Positions 18,870 to 27,861 of a DNA stretch of 64,000 nt are shown here, one piece after another (the stretch's first letter is position 1; every line of letters starts with the position of its first letter). Made by a program: the position numbers and the translations under genes. This DNA comes from Cyclobacteriaceae bacterium. GTDB taxonomy: Bacteria > Bacteroidota > Bacteroidia > Cytophagales > Cyclobacteriaceae. Below the pieces are notes generated by a model that was given only the letters and a program-made list of their open reading frames with translations, did not search any database and was not told where the DNA came from. Location of the stretch: the NCBI GenBank assembly GCA_028284125.1, contig JANQSI010000018.1, positions 336,998-400,997 of the forward strand. The letters are read 5' to 3'.

Positions 18870-19477
18870 ATCTACAAACACTCATTGTCGCATTTGTGGT
18901 GAGTTATATTGGGTCGATACCTCCGGGCACAATTAATGTTTCGGTGATGCAGTTAGCCATTCAAAAACGAAGGCGAGCTGCGATTTTCCTAGCTTTCGCT
19001 GCCTCAGCGATTGAATTTGTATATGCTGGATTCACTGTTCAATTTCACATTCTACTTACAAGCAATCCAACACTTTCAACCTATTTTAAGATCATCACAT
19101 CCGTGGCTTTGATTGCATTAGGCTTATGGAATATTCTATCCAAAGTGACTTCTGAATCTGTAGTTTTAAAAGAGGTCAAAGGGCGACACGGATTCTTACG
19201 TGGCGTGGTATTGGGGATTTTCAATCCCATGACGATTCCGTTCTGGCTTGCAATTACAACCTACCTTGAAAATGATGAACTGGTATCAGTTGATGGATTT
19301 TGCTTTTGGATGTACTTAATTGGCCTTTCGGCAGGAACGTTTTGTTTGCTATTGACCGTAAATGCACTTGGAAGTCAATTCACTAAAGTTGCTGACAACA
19401 AATTCCTTGTTCATAGAGTACCCGGAATTATGCTCTTGGGTATTGGCGTTTACTTTCTTTTAAAGTTAGTGCTCTAG
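18866..19477 (+). CDS. LysE/RhtB-family exporter
   Basis: GSIPPGTINV and FLRGVVLGIFNP...IPFW motifs; about 6 TM helices. Confidence 0.85.
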   Translation: MNLQTLIVAFVVSYIGSIPPGTINVSVMQLAIQKRRRAAIFLAFAASAIEFVYAGFTVQFHILLTSNPTLSTYFKIITSVALIALGLWNILSKVTSESVVLKEVKGRHGFLRGVVLGIFNPMTIPFWLAITTYLENDELVSVDGFCFWMYLIGLSAGTFCLLLTVNALGSQFTKVADNKFLVHRVPGIMLLGIGVYFLLKLVL

Positions 19478-19596
19478 TCACCACTCCATGCTACCGTTCA
19501 AGTAGATTGAGTTCTCATGTTGTAGATTTTTTATAGTATTTAGTACCTAAGTCTTTCGGCTTATTCTACTAATCTTTTCCCAAATAAGCTTCAACT

Positions 19597-22359
19597 ATGA
19601 AAAAAGCTATAATAATTCTGTCCCTTGTCCCCTTTTTTTCATTTTCACAATCTAAAAAAGCTCTTGATCATAGCGCCTATGACAAGTGGCGAAGAGTTGA
19701 CGATCAACTTATTAGCAATAATGGAGATTTTGTTGCCTACTCAACGGAACCAAATGGGATTGGAAATGATGATGTTCGACTTCATAAAATCGATGGCGAA
19801 TTACTACTAAGCTACGACCGAGCTTCACGACCAAAATTCACCAACGACTCGAAGCATCTAATTTTTAAAATTTCTCCAGACCTGTTCGAAAAACGAGATC
19901 TGCGAAGAAAGAAAACCAAAGAAAAGGACCTACCGAAAGATACCCTTGGTATATATCAAATTGATGGCGGAAGTATGACTAAAGTTGCTGGACTAAAGTC
20001 ATTCAAAGTACCTGAAAAATGGGACGATTATTTGGTGTATCTCTATGAACCACCTGTCGATACAAGTGCGAAAAAGCAAAAGAAAAGAAACAAAAAGAAT
20101 GGTTATGATTTGGTACTTAAAAATCTAAAAGATCAAACTGAGTATACATTTTCTTATGTCCTGTCTTATGAAATCGCCAAAGAAGGTGCAGGTCTTGTAG
20201 TTAGTACAACGGGCAATGATAGTACCATTATGGAAGGTATCTATGCATTTGATTTTGACGAAAAAGCGTTCAATCCAATCTTCCGAGCCAAGGGTAAGTA
20301 TTTTGATTTGACCTGGGATGAAAAAGGTCAGCAATTATCCTTTGTATCGGATACGGACACAACGAAGGCACTTCGAAGAGATTATAGCTTGCACTATTGG
20401 AAGGCTGAATGGGATAGCAGCAAGACAGTAGCTTCGAACAGCAATTTCAATGACTTAAATGTCAACCATGAGTTTGACAGCTACTTTTCAAAATCAGGTA
20501 AACGATTGTTTTTTCAAACGCGTGAACTTCCGGTAATTCAAGACACTACATTGCTGAAAGAGGAAATCGTAAATGTGGAGGTGTGGAATTACAACGATCA
20601 AAAGCTTTTCACGCAACAGAAAAATGATAAAAATGATGATGCCAAGTTTGGGTATTTGAGTTACTACGATGTGGACCTTGATCGATTCGTTCAACTAGGA
20701 GGTGAAGAGTTCAGTGGTGTTCGAGTCAGCGATGAAGGAGACGGAAGTACTGCTATTGGACTAAATAACTATGCCTATCGAAAAATGATGTCTTGGGAAG
20801 GGTTTCCAATCGGTCAGGATTTATCTGTGATCGACCTGTCAAATGGTCAGAGCCGTAAATTTGAGTCAAACGTCAAGGGATTTGTTTCTCTTTCACCAAA
20901 AGGGAAGTATGCATATTGGTATGAATATAGTGATACCGCGTGGTTTGCCTATTCTTTCGAAGATGATCAGATAAGACAACTGACTAACAATTCACAAGTT
21001 GCATTTTACAACGAGATTCACGATTCTCCATCAGACCCATGGCCTTATGGAGTAATGAGCTGGACAGAAGATGATGATCGTGTCTTGATCTACGATCGCT
21101 ATGATATTTGGGAAATTGATCCTCAAATGCAAGTTGCAGCCAAGCGAATAACCCCAAATGGGAGATCAAAAAAATTAGTTTATCGATACGAACGATTGGA
21201 CCCTGAAGAGCGCTTTATAAGCAAAAATCAGAAATTGATTCTCACTGGCTTTTATGAAGGCACCAAGGATGAGGCAGTCTTTTCTTTTACCTACGGAAGG
21301 AATACGCCAAAACAACTTATTTCTGGTGGCTTCCAATATGATTCCTTTGAAAAAGCAAGGGATGATGACAATGTAATTTTTAGCCAGGAAAATTTCGAGA
21401 CTTTTCCAGATTTACTTTCTACTAACCTTTCTTTTGGGTCAACAAAGAAGATCAGTGACATTAACCCTCAACAAAAAGAATACAATTGGGGGACCATTGA
21501 ATTGGTTTACTGGAATTCGCTAGATGGCCAGAAGATGGAGGGAATGCTTGTGAAACCTGAAGATTTTGATCCATCAAAGAAGTATCCGCTGCTCGTTAAT
21601 TTCTATGAGAAAAGTTCAAACGGATTAAACAGCCATCGAGACCCATTTCCTGGCAGATCAACAATCAACTACAGCTATTACGTGTCACGAGGCTATATCA
21701 TTTTCAATCCAAACATAGATTACCGAACAGGGTACCCAGGCGAAAGTGCTTACAATTGTGTCATTCCTGGCGTTACTTCTTTGATCGAAAAAGGATTTAT
21801 CGATGAAGAAAATATTGGTGTTCAAGGTCATAGTTGGGGGGGATACCAGATTGCTTATTTATTGGCAAAAACGGATATGTTCAAATGCGCGGAAGCAGGA
21901 GCTCCGGTTGCGAACATGACCAGTGCCTACGGCGGGATACGTTGGGGCTCTGGTATGAGTCGAATGTTTCAGTATGAGCGAACCCAAAGTAGAATCGGAG
22001 GAACTCTTTGGGATTATCCCTTACGATATATTGAGAATTCTCCAATTTTCTACATAGACAAGGTTAATACGCCTGTGCTCATCCTTCATAATGATGCTGA
22101 TACTGCTGTGCCATGGTATCAGGGCATTGAGTACTTTGTTGCATTGAGACGTCTAAATAAACCGGCCTGGATGCTCAACTATCAGGGCGAACCTCACTGG
22201 CCTGTGAAAATTCAAAACCGAATTGATTTCAATATTCGGATGTCCCAGTATTTTGACCATTTCCTTAAAGGAGCTCCTATGCCAAAATGGATGCGCGATG
22301 GAGTCCCTGCAATAGAAATGGGGATCAACCAGGGCTATGAGTTGTTAGACAAAAAATAG
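19597..22359 (+). CDS. Secreted S9 (prolyl oligopeptidase) family peptidase
   Basis: Signal peptide, beta-propeller region, GHSWGGY nucleophile motif, HNDADTAVP and GEPH catalytic Asp/His. Confidence 0.92.
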   Translation: MKKAIIILSLVPFFSFSQSKKALDHSAYDKWRRVDDQLISNNGDFVAYSTEPNGIGNDDVRLHKIDGELLLSYDRASRPKFTNDSKHLIFKISPDLFEKRDLRRKKTKEKDLPKDTLGIYQIDGGSMTKVAGLKSFKVPEKWDDYLVYLYEPPVDTSAKKQKKRNKKNGYDLVLKNLKDQTEYTFSYVLSYEIAKEGAGLVVSTTGNDSTIMEGIYAFDFDEKAFNPIFRAKGKYFDLTWDEKGQQLSFVSDTDTTKALRRDYSLHYWKAEWDSSKTVASNSNFNDLNVNHEFDSYFSKSGKRLFFQTRELPVIQDTTLLKEEIVNVEVWNYNDQKLFTQQKNDKNDDAKFGYLSYYDVDLDRFVQLGGEEFSGVRVSDEGDGSTAIGLNNYAYRKMMSWEGFPIGQDLSVIDLSNGQSRKFESNVKGFVSLSPKGKYAYWYEYSDTAWFAYSFEDDQIRQLTNNSQVAFYNEIHDSPSDPWPYGVMSWTEDDDRVLIYDRYDIWEIDPQMQVAAKRITPNGRSKKLVYRYERLDPEERFISKNQKLILTGFYEGTKDEAVFSFTYGRNTPKQLISGGFQYDSFEKARDDDNVIFSQENFETFPDLLSTNLSFGSTKKISDINPQQKEYNWGTIELVYWNSLDGQKMEGMLVKPEDFDPSKKYPLLVNFYEKSSNGLNSHRDPFPGRSTINYSYYVSRGYIIFNPNIDYRTGYPGESAYNCVIPGVTSLIEKGFIDEENIGVQGHSWGGYQIAYLLAKTDMFKCAEAGAPVANMTSAYGGIRWGSGMSRMFQYERTQSRIGGTLWDYPLRYIENSPIFYIDKVNTPVLILHNDADTAVPWYQGIEYFVALRRLNKPAWMLNYQGEPHWPVKIQNRIDFNIRMSQYFDHFLKGAPMPKWMRDGVPAIEMGINQGYELLDKK

Positions 22360-22361
22360 AC

Positions 22362-22934
22362 TTACTTAAACCATCCGAAGATCAAGGAGATGGAGAAGGC
22401 AAGACCGTCGAAATCTGTCTTGCTAAAATGAAAGTCGTCAACGCCAATGGTTTTTTGGTATCCGATTCCTGCGTTCATTTTCATCCAGTAAGAAAGGTTG
22501 ACTTCTCCATTTACCTGAGGATAAAAAACAAAGACTTGATCATCTAGTGCTTCATTTCCTGAATAAGAGATTTCACCCCAACCAAGTTTGGTGTCAATAC
22601 CTAGGTGAAGCATCTCCACAGGATTCATAATGTAGCCCAACCAAAAGCCGCCGTGTCCAAAGTGAGCATTAAGCTCTTCCCCGTTTACATTAATCTTCCT
22701 GTCACCGCTCATTCCTAGCCCATAACCTCCGATGAAGAAGGTATTGTCAAAAATGACAGCTCCGCCCCCACCTGTCAATGTGGTCAATTGCCCGTCAATT
22801 CCGGTAAAGGAAAATAAGGCTGCACCGAATCCGGAAATTTCTTCCGGGTCTGTATCAATAAGCGTTTTTGGAGTTTTTTGAGCGAAAGCTCCAGTTAATG
22901 ATAGTAAGAATAGAATAGTAAGTGTCCTTTTCAT
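22362..22934 (-). CDS. Hypothetical outer-membrane beta-barrel protein
   Basis: Signal peptide ending AFA-Q; Gly/aromatic alternating strands; aromatic C-terminus (SLIFGWFK). Confidence 0.6.
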   Translation of the reverse strand: MKRTLTILFLLSLTGAFAQKTPKTLIDTDPEEISGFGAALFSFTGIDGQLTTLTGGGGAVIFDNTFFIGGYGLGMSGDRKINVNGEELNAHFGHGGFWLGYIMNPVEMLHLGIDTKLGWGEISYSGNEALDDQVFVFYPQVNGEVNLSYWMKMNAGIGYQKTIGVDDFHFSKTDFDGLAFSISLIFGWFK

Positions 22935-23012
22935 GAATTTTGATTTTATACATCAATGACAAGAAACTTCACCATACGTTTCCATCGCCCAGGTCACTTT
23001 TAAGACTTTTTA

Positions 23013-23056
23013 AGACATGTTGGCAGAATAAAGGAAACTAAACCGCCATACTGTCT
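23013..23056. promoter_or_regulatory. Two boxes AGACA-TGT-TGGCA (23013-23025) and CGCCA-TAC-TGTCT (23044-23056) upstream of hsp20
   Basis: Same pattern as the clpB boxes; 31-bp spacing. Confidence 0.5.
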
Positions 23057-23067
23057 CGTTTATAAAT

Positions 23068-23082
23068 TGGAATGAGTTTTGT
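23068..23082 (+). promoter_or_regulatory. Sigma54-like -24/-12 element upstream of hsp20 (TGGAATGAGTTTTGT)
   Basis: Shares TGGAAT-N3-TTTTG with the clpB element. Confidence 0.5.
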
Positions 23083-23113
23083 AAAGTATAACTCGAAGTG
23101 AAAGGACGAAGCA

Positions 23114-23488
23114 ATGAAGATTAATCATGTAATGACAAAAAACCTCGCTAATTCGGCAGATTTATTAAATACTGCTAATGGAGGGACTATTTTTCCGACG
23201 TTTGAAACATTCAAACACGAAGATCATTATCGAATGGAAGTAAGTATTCCGTCGGTTGATCCGGAAAATATCAAGGTCGAGGTAAATGGAGAAAATCTAC
23301 TCATTTATCATAAAATGCAACTAGGGGATTATAAGATTCCTAACTTGCTAGGAATGGAGAAGATTTCAGCCGATGTTGAGCTAAACAGCATTACGGCTGG
23401 ATATGAAGATGATCTGCTTATTATCATAATGCCATTCAACGAGGTAGCAGGAGGTTTTCGAAAAGAAATTGACATTTTACGCTACTAA
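23114..23488 (+). CDS. Hsp20/alpha-crystallin family small heat-shock protein
   Basis: HYRMEVSIPSVDPENIKVEVNGENLLI and ITAGYEDDLLIIIMP alpha-crystallin strands. Confidence 0.85.
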   Translation: MKINHVMTKNLANSADLLNTANGGTIFPTFETFKHEDHYRMEVSIPSVDPENIKVEVNGENLLIYHKMQLGDYKIPNLLGMEKISADVELNSITAGYEDDLLIIIMPFNEVAGGFRKEIDILRY

Positions 23489-23496
23489 ACTCTGAC

Positions 23497-24096
23497 TTGA
23501 ATAAGATCAGAGACATAAACAACTACTTTGGTGATATGGATCTTTTCCTTTTGGATTTGATCCTGAAAGGAAAGATTCCTGAGAATGCAAGCATTTTAGA
23601 TGCTGGGTGTGGCGAGGGAAGGAACGCTATCTATTTTATCCAAGAAGGTTTTGAGTACAAAGGAATTGATTCGGATGAGTCGAAAATTCGATTGGCCCAA
23701 TACATGTCCGATAATATTTCTACTTCAAAAGCAACATTCGAAGTGGGTGATATACGGAAGTTAGATAGTGACAAAACCTACGACTTGGTTATTTGTAGTC
23801 GTGTGTTGCATTTTGCCGAATCAGAAAATGATTTCTTTGAAATGTGGTCAACTCTGACTCAGAGTGTGAATTCAGGAGGTATGATCTATATTTCAATGGA
23901 TTCAAAAATTGACAATCCCCTTGGCGAGCTGGTTGAGAACGGAAGATTTGAATTTCCCGACGGTGCTATTCGTTTTGCTATCACAGACCCCATTTATCAG
24001 GAAATAAAAAAAGGGTTCGAACTGGTCGAACCCATGAAAACTTTAGTACAAAACGAAACGCGTGCTCAGAGTTTTTTTACATTAAGAAAAATCTAA
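23497..24096 (+). CDS. Class I SAM-dependent methyltransferase
   Basis: ILDAGCGEGRN motif I, GIDSD motif II, YDLVICSRVLHF; TTG start 8 nt after hsp20. Confidence 0.88.
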   Translation: MNKIRDINNYFGDMDLFLLDLILKGKIPENASILDAGCGEGRNAIYFIQEGFEYKGIDSDESKIRLAQYMSDNISTSKATFEVGDIRKLDSDKTYDLVICSRVLHFAESENDFFEMWSTLTQSVNSGGMIYISMDSKIDNPLGELVENGRFEFPDGAIRFAITDPIYQEIKKGFELVEPMKTLVQNETRAQSFFTLRKI

Positions 24097-25442
24097 ACAC
24101 AGCCTTGGGCTAGCATTGCGTCTGCCACTTTTACGAACCCGGCAATGTTTGCTCCTTTCACATAATCGACATAATCAGAATCAGTTTTTCCAAACTCCAA
24201 GCAGTTTTCGTGAATGCTCTTCATGATGTTCTTTAGCCTATTATCAACTTCATCTCGTGTCCAAGCCAATCGCTGTGAGTTTTGGGTCATTTCAAGACCC
24301 GATGTAGCTACCCCTCCTGCATTGGAAGCTTTTCCTGGGCTAAAGAGAATGCCCTTCTCTTTAAATAATTCAACAGAGTCAATGGTGCATGGCATATTAG
24401 CTCCCTCAAAAACGCCTTTACATCCATTTGCCAGCAACACCTTAGCGTCCTCAAGGGGAAGTTCATTTTGTGTGGCACATGGATAGGCCAAATCGCATTT
24501 TACATCCCATGGGGTTTGTCCAGCTCTAAATTCAGCACTTGAGAATTTATCGGCGTATTCGCCGATTCGTCCACGTTTTACGTTTTTCAATTCCTTAATA
24601 AATTCAAGCTTTTCCTCGTCAATCCCATCTTTATCGAAAATAGAGCCAGATGAATCTGAAGTCGTGACAACCTTAGCTCCACTTTGAATCAGTTTTTCTG
24701 TGGCGTATTGAGCTACGTTACCAGATCCTGATACCAGACAGGTTTTGCCTTCAAGCCCATCACCAATATGGTTTAGCATTTCTTCGCTGAAATAAACACA
24801 GCCATAACCAGTTGCTTCTGGTCGAATCAAGCTACCTCCAAAATCAAGGCTCTTGCCTGTAAGAACTCCAGTAAATTCACCACGAATACGCTTGTACTGC
24901 CCAAACAAAAATCCAATTTCTCGACCTCCAACACCAATATCTCCGGCAGGTACGTCCGTGTTCGCTCCAATGTGTTTGCCTAGTTCAGTCATGAAACTTT
25001 GGCAAAATCGCATTACTTCAATATCACTTTTTCCTTTTGGATCAAAGTCAGCACCGCCTTTTCCGCCACCAAGAGGAAGTGTTGTCAAACTGTTTTTAAA
25101 TACTTGCTCGAAAGCCAAAAACTTCAGAATGCTCAAATTCACCGTCGGGTGAAATCGTAATCCGCCCTTGTACGGTCCGATTGCAGAGTTCATTTGAACT
25201 CGATATCCCCGATTAATTTGAGTTTCACCTTTATCGTCAATCCAAGGAACACGGAACATAAACACTCGCTCCGGCTCACACATCATTTCAAGAATGTTTC
25301 CCTGCTTGTAAATAGGGTTTTCGTCGATAAATGGAATGATGTTTTCTGCTACCTCTTGAACAGCTTGCAAGAACTCCGGTTCATTCGGGCTCTTTTGTGA
25401 AACTTTATTGACGAAAGCTTCGATTTCTGCTTGATTAGACAT
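24093..25442 (-). CDS. gdhA: NADP-specific glutamate dehydrogenase
   Basis: GPYKGGLRFHP, GGGKGGADFDPK, DVPAGDIGVG, RPEATGYG, SGSGNVAQ, KASNAGGV. Confidence 0.97.
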   Translation of the reverse strand: MSNQAEIEAFVNKVSQKSPNEPEFLQAVQEVAENIIPFIDENPIYKQGNILEMMCEPERVFMFRVPWIDDKGETQINRGYRVQMNSAIGPYKGGLRFHPTVNLSILKFLAFEQVFKNSLTTLPLGGGKGGADFDPKGKSDIEVMRFCQSFMTELGKHIGANTDVPAGDIGVGGREIGFLFGQYKRIRGEFTGVLTGKSLDFGGSLIRPEATGYGCVYFSEEMLNHIGDGLEGKTCLVSGSGNVAQYATEKLIQSGAKVVTTSDSSGSIFDKDGIDEEKLEFIKELKNVKRGRIGEYADKFSSAEFRAGQTPWDVKCDLAYPCATQNELPLEDAKVLLANGCKGVFEGANMPCTIDSVELFKEKGILFSPGKASNAGGVATSGLEMTQNSQRLAWTRDEVDNRLKNIMKSIHENCLEFGKTDSDYVDYVKGANIAGFVKVADAMLAQGCV

Positions 25443-25625
25443 TTTTAATAGGGTAATGTTGGTTAAATATTGGTTTAAACTAACAAAATCAGTGCAAGTT
25501 ATGAATGTCTTGGTAAAAACATCTTATCCATTAAATCAAGATGTTAATCTAAATAAAACAATGCGTTAAAAACCATCTAAAGTGATGGCCGTACATTAGA
25601 CTAGAGATATAAACCACTTTTTCTA

Positions 25626-25799
25626 ATGAATTATTTAAGTGTAGAAAATGAGATTCTCTCTTCTGTAAAGAGCTTAAATGGAAATCAAAAATCTGATGTC
25701 CTTGATTATGTTAAGAACATCAAGCCAATTCCACATAGCAAGAAGCTTTACAGAAGGCGAGCAATGAAGCAAATAAGAGAGGCCCTCTTGAAAAGTTAA
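25626..25799 (+). CDS. 57-aa hypothetical protein, DUF2281-like (not in ORF track)
   Basis: MNYLSVENEILSSVKSLNGNQKSDVLDYVKNIKPIPHSKKLYRRRAMKQIREALLKS*. It fills the gap, and its stop overlaps the stop of the convergent channel gene. Confidence 0.6.
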   Translation: MNYLSVENEILSSVKSLNGNQKSDVLDYVKNIKPIPHSKKLYRRRAMKQIREALLKS

Positions 25800-27706
25800 T
25801 CTTCTGATAATACGATTACCGTATCTTCAGGAGTAAGCGTGAAAACGTCTGATTTTTTTGGGTTCAATACAACTCCGTATTGTTCGTTTGAATTCCTTGC
25901 CTTACTAATTACTCGGTAGCCAATAGCTACTTCATTTTTCCGAGCCGCTGACTCCAAAATAGTGTAGAAGTTCATAGGTTCACCAACCTGAACATATTCT
26001 TTTGCCGGCTTGATGTAAATCTCAGATCCATCTGCGTCAAATAGATCTTCAAACACTCGCATGAGATATTTGTTTTCACTCACCTGGCTCATGAGTAAGC
26101 TTAGCAGTTTGTCACTTACGATGAAGTCATCTGCACTTGTAATATCAGCTAATTGTCTGTTTCTGATATCCAGCATCTCACTCACAATTTTGTATTCATA
26201 GCCGTATTGTTCCGTGAAATTTCTTAGGTGCAGCAATGTGATCAACGTCTGTGCATCAGCCTCCTGAATCGGGAAATACGTTTGGTAACAAAGGAGAATG
26301 ATAAAGTTGTAATTCTCCAGGTGCATATGCATCAGAGTCTCTCTGTCGGTGGTGTCCTGGACTTCAAACTCAATCTTGATATGCTCTACCTTTTTGTTAA
26401 GCTTTTCAATTATTTTGCCAGCATCTTCAAATTTGGATACCACTTTTACTACTGAGCCAATAGGCACGTAATTGTCCAGTTCCCTAAGGATGTACTTCGC
26501 TCTGTCGTTCCAACCGACGATCAATATTTTTTCAGGATCGCCAGGTTCAGGCTCAGTGTAAATGATGTTACTCTCATGAAGCTCCAGATTCGGACTAGCG
26601 TTAGGAATTAACGTATCATCATCCGCTGTGATTCCAATTACTCGATCTCCCTCACTGAAAATAGTGTCCATTGGTGGGTTGACTTCAACTGTTTGATCTG
26701 AGTACTGGATTCCCATGATAGAGGAATCTTCATACGCGAAAAGCAATTCCCTAAAAGTCTTACCATAAAGTGTCGGTGCTTCCTCAAAGTAGATTTCGTC
26801 CCCATCAAAATCCATAAGATCTTGGTAAACCACACTTAGACCTGACTGGCGACTAGTCTGAACCATTATACGGGAAATAATTTCGTCAGAAAGAATTAGC
26901 TCGACCTCTTTTCCACCAACCATCTTAGCCACTTCAAGGTTTTTCTTGTCCTCCATCTCCGCAGTGATATGATAAGGAGCTTCTCTTCTACTAGGATTTG
27001 TTACAATTGCTACAATGGTTTTGATGATTTGACTATCAGAGTTTTCATTGTCCTTGTCAAGGATAATAATTGACTTGGAATCATAAGGATTAGCAATCTC
27101 TAAATCATGTACATCAATTGGATTTCCTGTTCGGCATATTACAACCGTATTGGCAGTATCGCCGACTTTATCCTTAATTTCATCCTCCATTTCTACCTTG
27201 TCCATATCAGCAAGGATGACAATTACACCTCTCTTCTGGTTTTCATTCGCTTCAACAATTTCCGGGATAATGGTAAAAATTTTCGAAGACCATCCGAGAA
27301 TGAGTAGGTGATCTTGTTCAATTACAAATGAACGTCCCTTCCTGAGGTCTTCCAGCTTGGTGAGAATACCATTTGAAACCAAACCGATCAAGGCACTAAT
27401 AATTACAAGACCAAGAATGGTTACAAACATCATGAACGATTGGAAAGGCCAATTGTCTTCGTGTTCTCCGACCGTCCCCGGATCAAGCATGTGAGTAAGG
27501 TTGACCCAAATCGATTCGAATACGCCGAATTCATTATTGAGGATTTGATGATCCGGATGTAATCCAAGGGCCAGTAACATAAGTGCAAAAAGAAGAACAA
27601 ATATTAGGGTAACAATAGCAAGTCCCTTAATCATGTTCATCGTACCTTTCGAAACGAAAGTGTCGAATTTGTACTTAAGCTTATCCGAGAAGGAAACGTT
27701 TTTCAT
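25796..27706 (-). CDS. CASTOR/POLLUX (DMI1)-related putative ion channel with tandem RCK domains
   Basis: TM-pore region (IWVNLTHMLDPGTVG...LVIISALIGLVSNGI), LRKGRSFVIEQDHLLILGW RCK1, SRQSGLSVVYQDLMDFDGDEIYF, a second RCK (ILIVGWN), ADDFIVSDKLLSLLMSQVSEN, GSEIYIKP. Confidence 0.85.
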   Translation of the reverse strand: MKNVSFSDKLKYKFDTFVSKGTMNMIKGLAIVTLIFVLLFALMLLALGLHPDHQILNNEFGVFESIWVNLTHMLDPGTVGEHEDNWPFQSFMMFVTILGLVIISALIGLVSNGILTKLEDLRKGRSFVIEQDHLLILGWSSKIFTIIPEIVEANENQKRGVIVILADMDKVEMEDEIKDKVGDTANTVVICRTGNPIDVHDLEIANPYDSKSIIILDKDNENSDSQIIKTIVAIVTNPSRREAPYHITAEMEDKKNLEVAKMVGGKEVELILSDEIISRIMVQTSRQSGLSVVYQDLMDFDGDEIYFEEAPTLYGKTFRELLFAYEDSSIMGIQYSDQTVEVNPPMDTIFSEGDRVIGITADDDTLIPNASPNLELHESNIIYTEPEPGDPEKILIVGWNDRAKYILRELDNYVPIGSVVKVVSKFEDAGKIIEKLNKKVEHIKIEFEVQDTTDRETLMHMHLENYNFIILLCYQTYFPIQEADAQTLITLLHLRNFTEQYGYEYKIVSEMLDIRNRQLADITSADDFIVSDKLLSLLMSQVSENKYLMRVFEDLFDADGSEIYIKPAKEYVQVGEPMNFYTILESAARKNEVAIGYRVISKARNSNEQYGVVLNPKKSDVFTLTPEDTVIVLSED

Positions 27707-27861
27707 TAAAAAATCTTAGTTAGATTACCAGCGGTGTTTTAACAACTCCTAAAATAGTGCAATTTAATGGAAAACGGCTTTTTATTGATTTTTTACCATG
27801 TGTCTACGCATTGACACATCGAAATTATTAGTTATTGTTAATGTTTGAGAAAATTTGAAAG

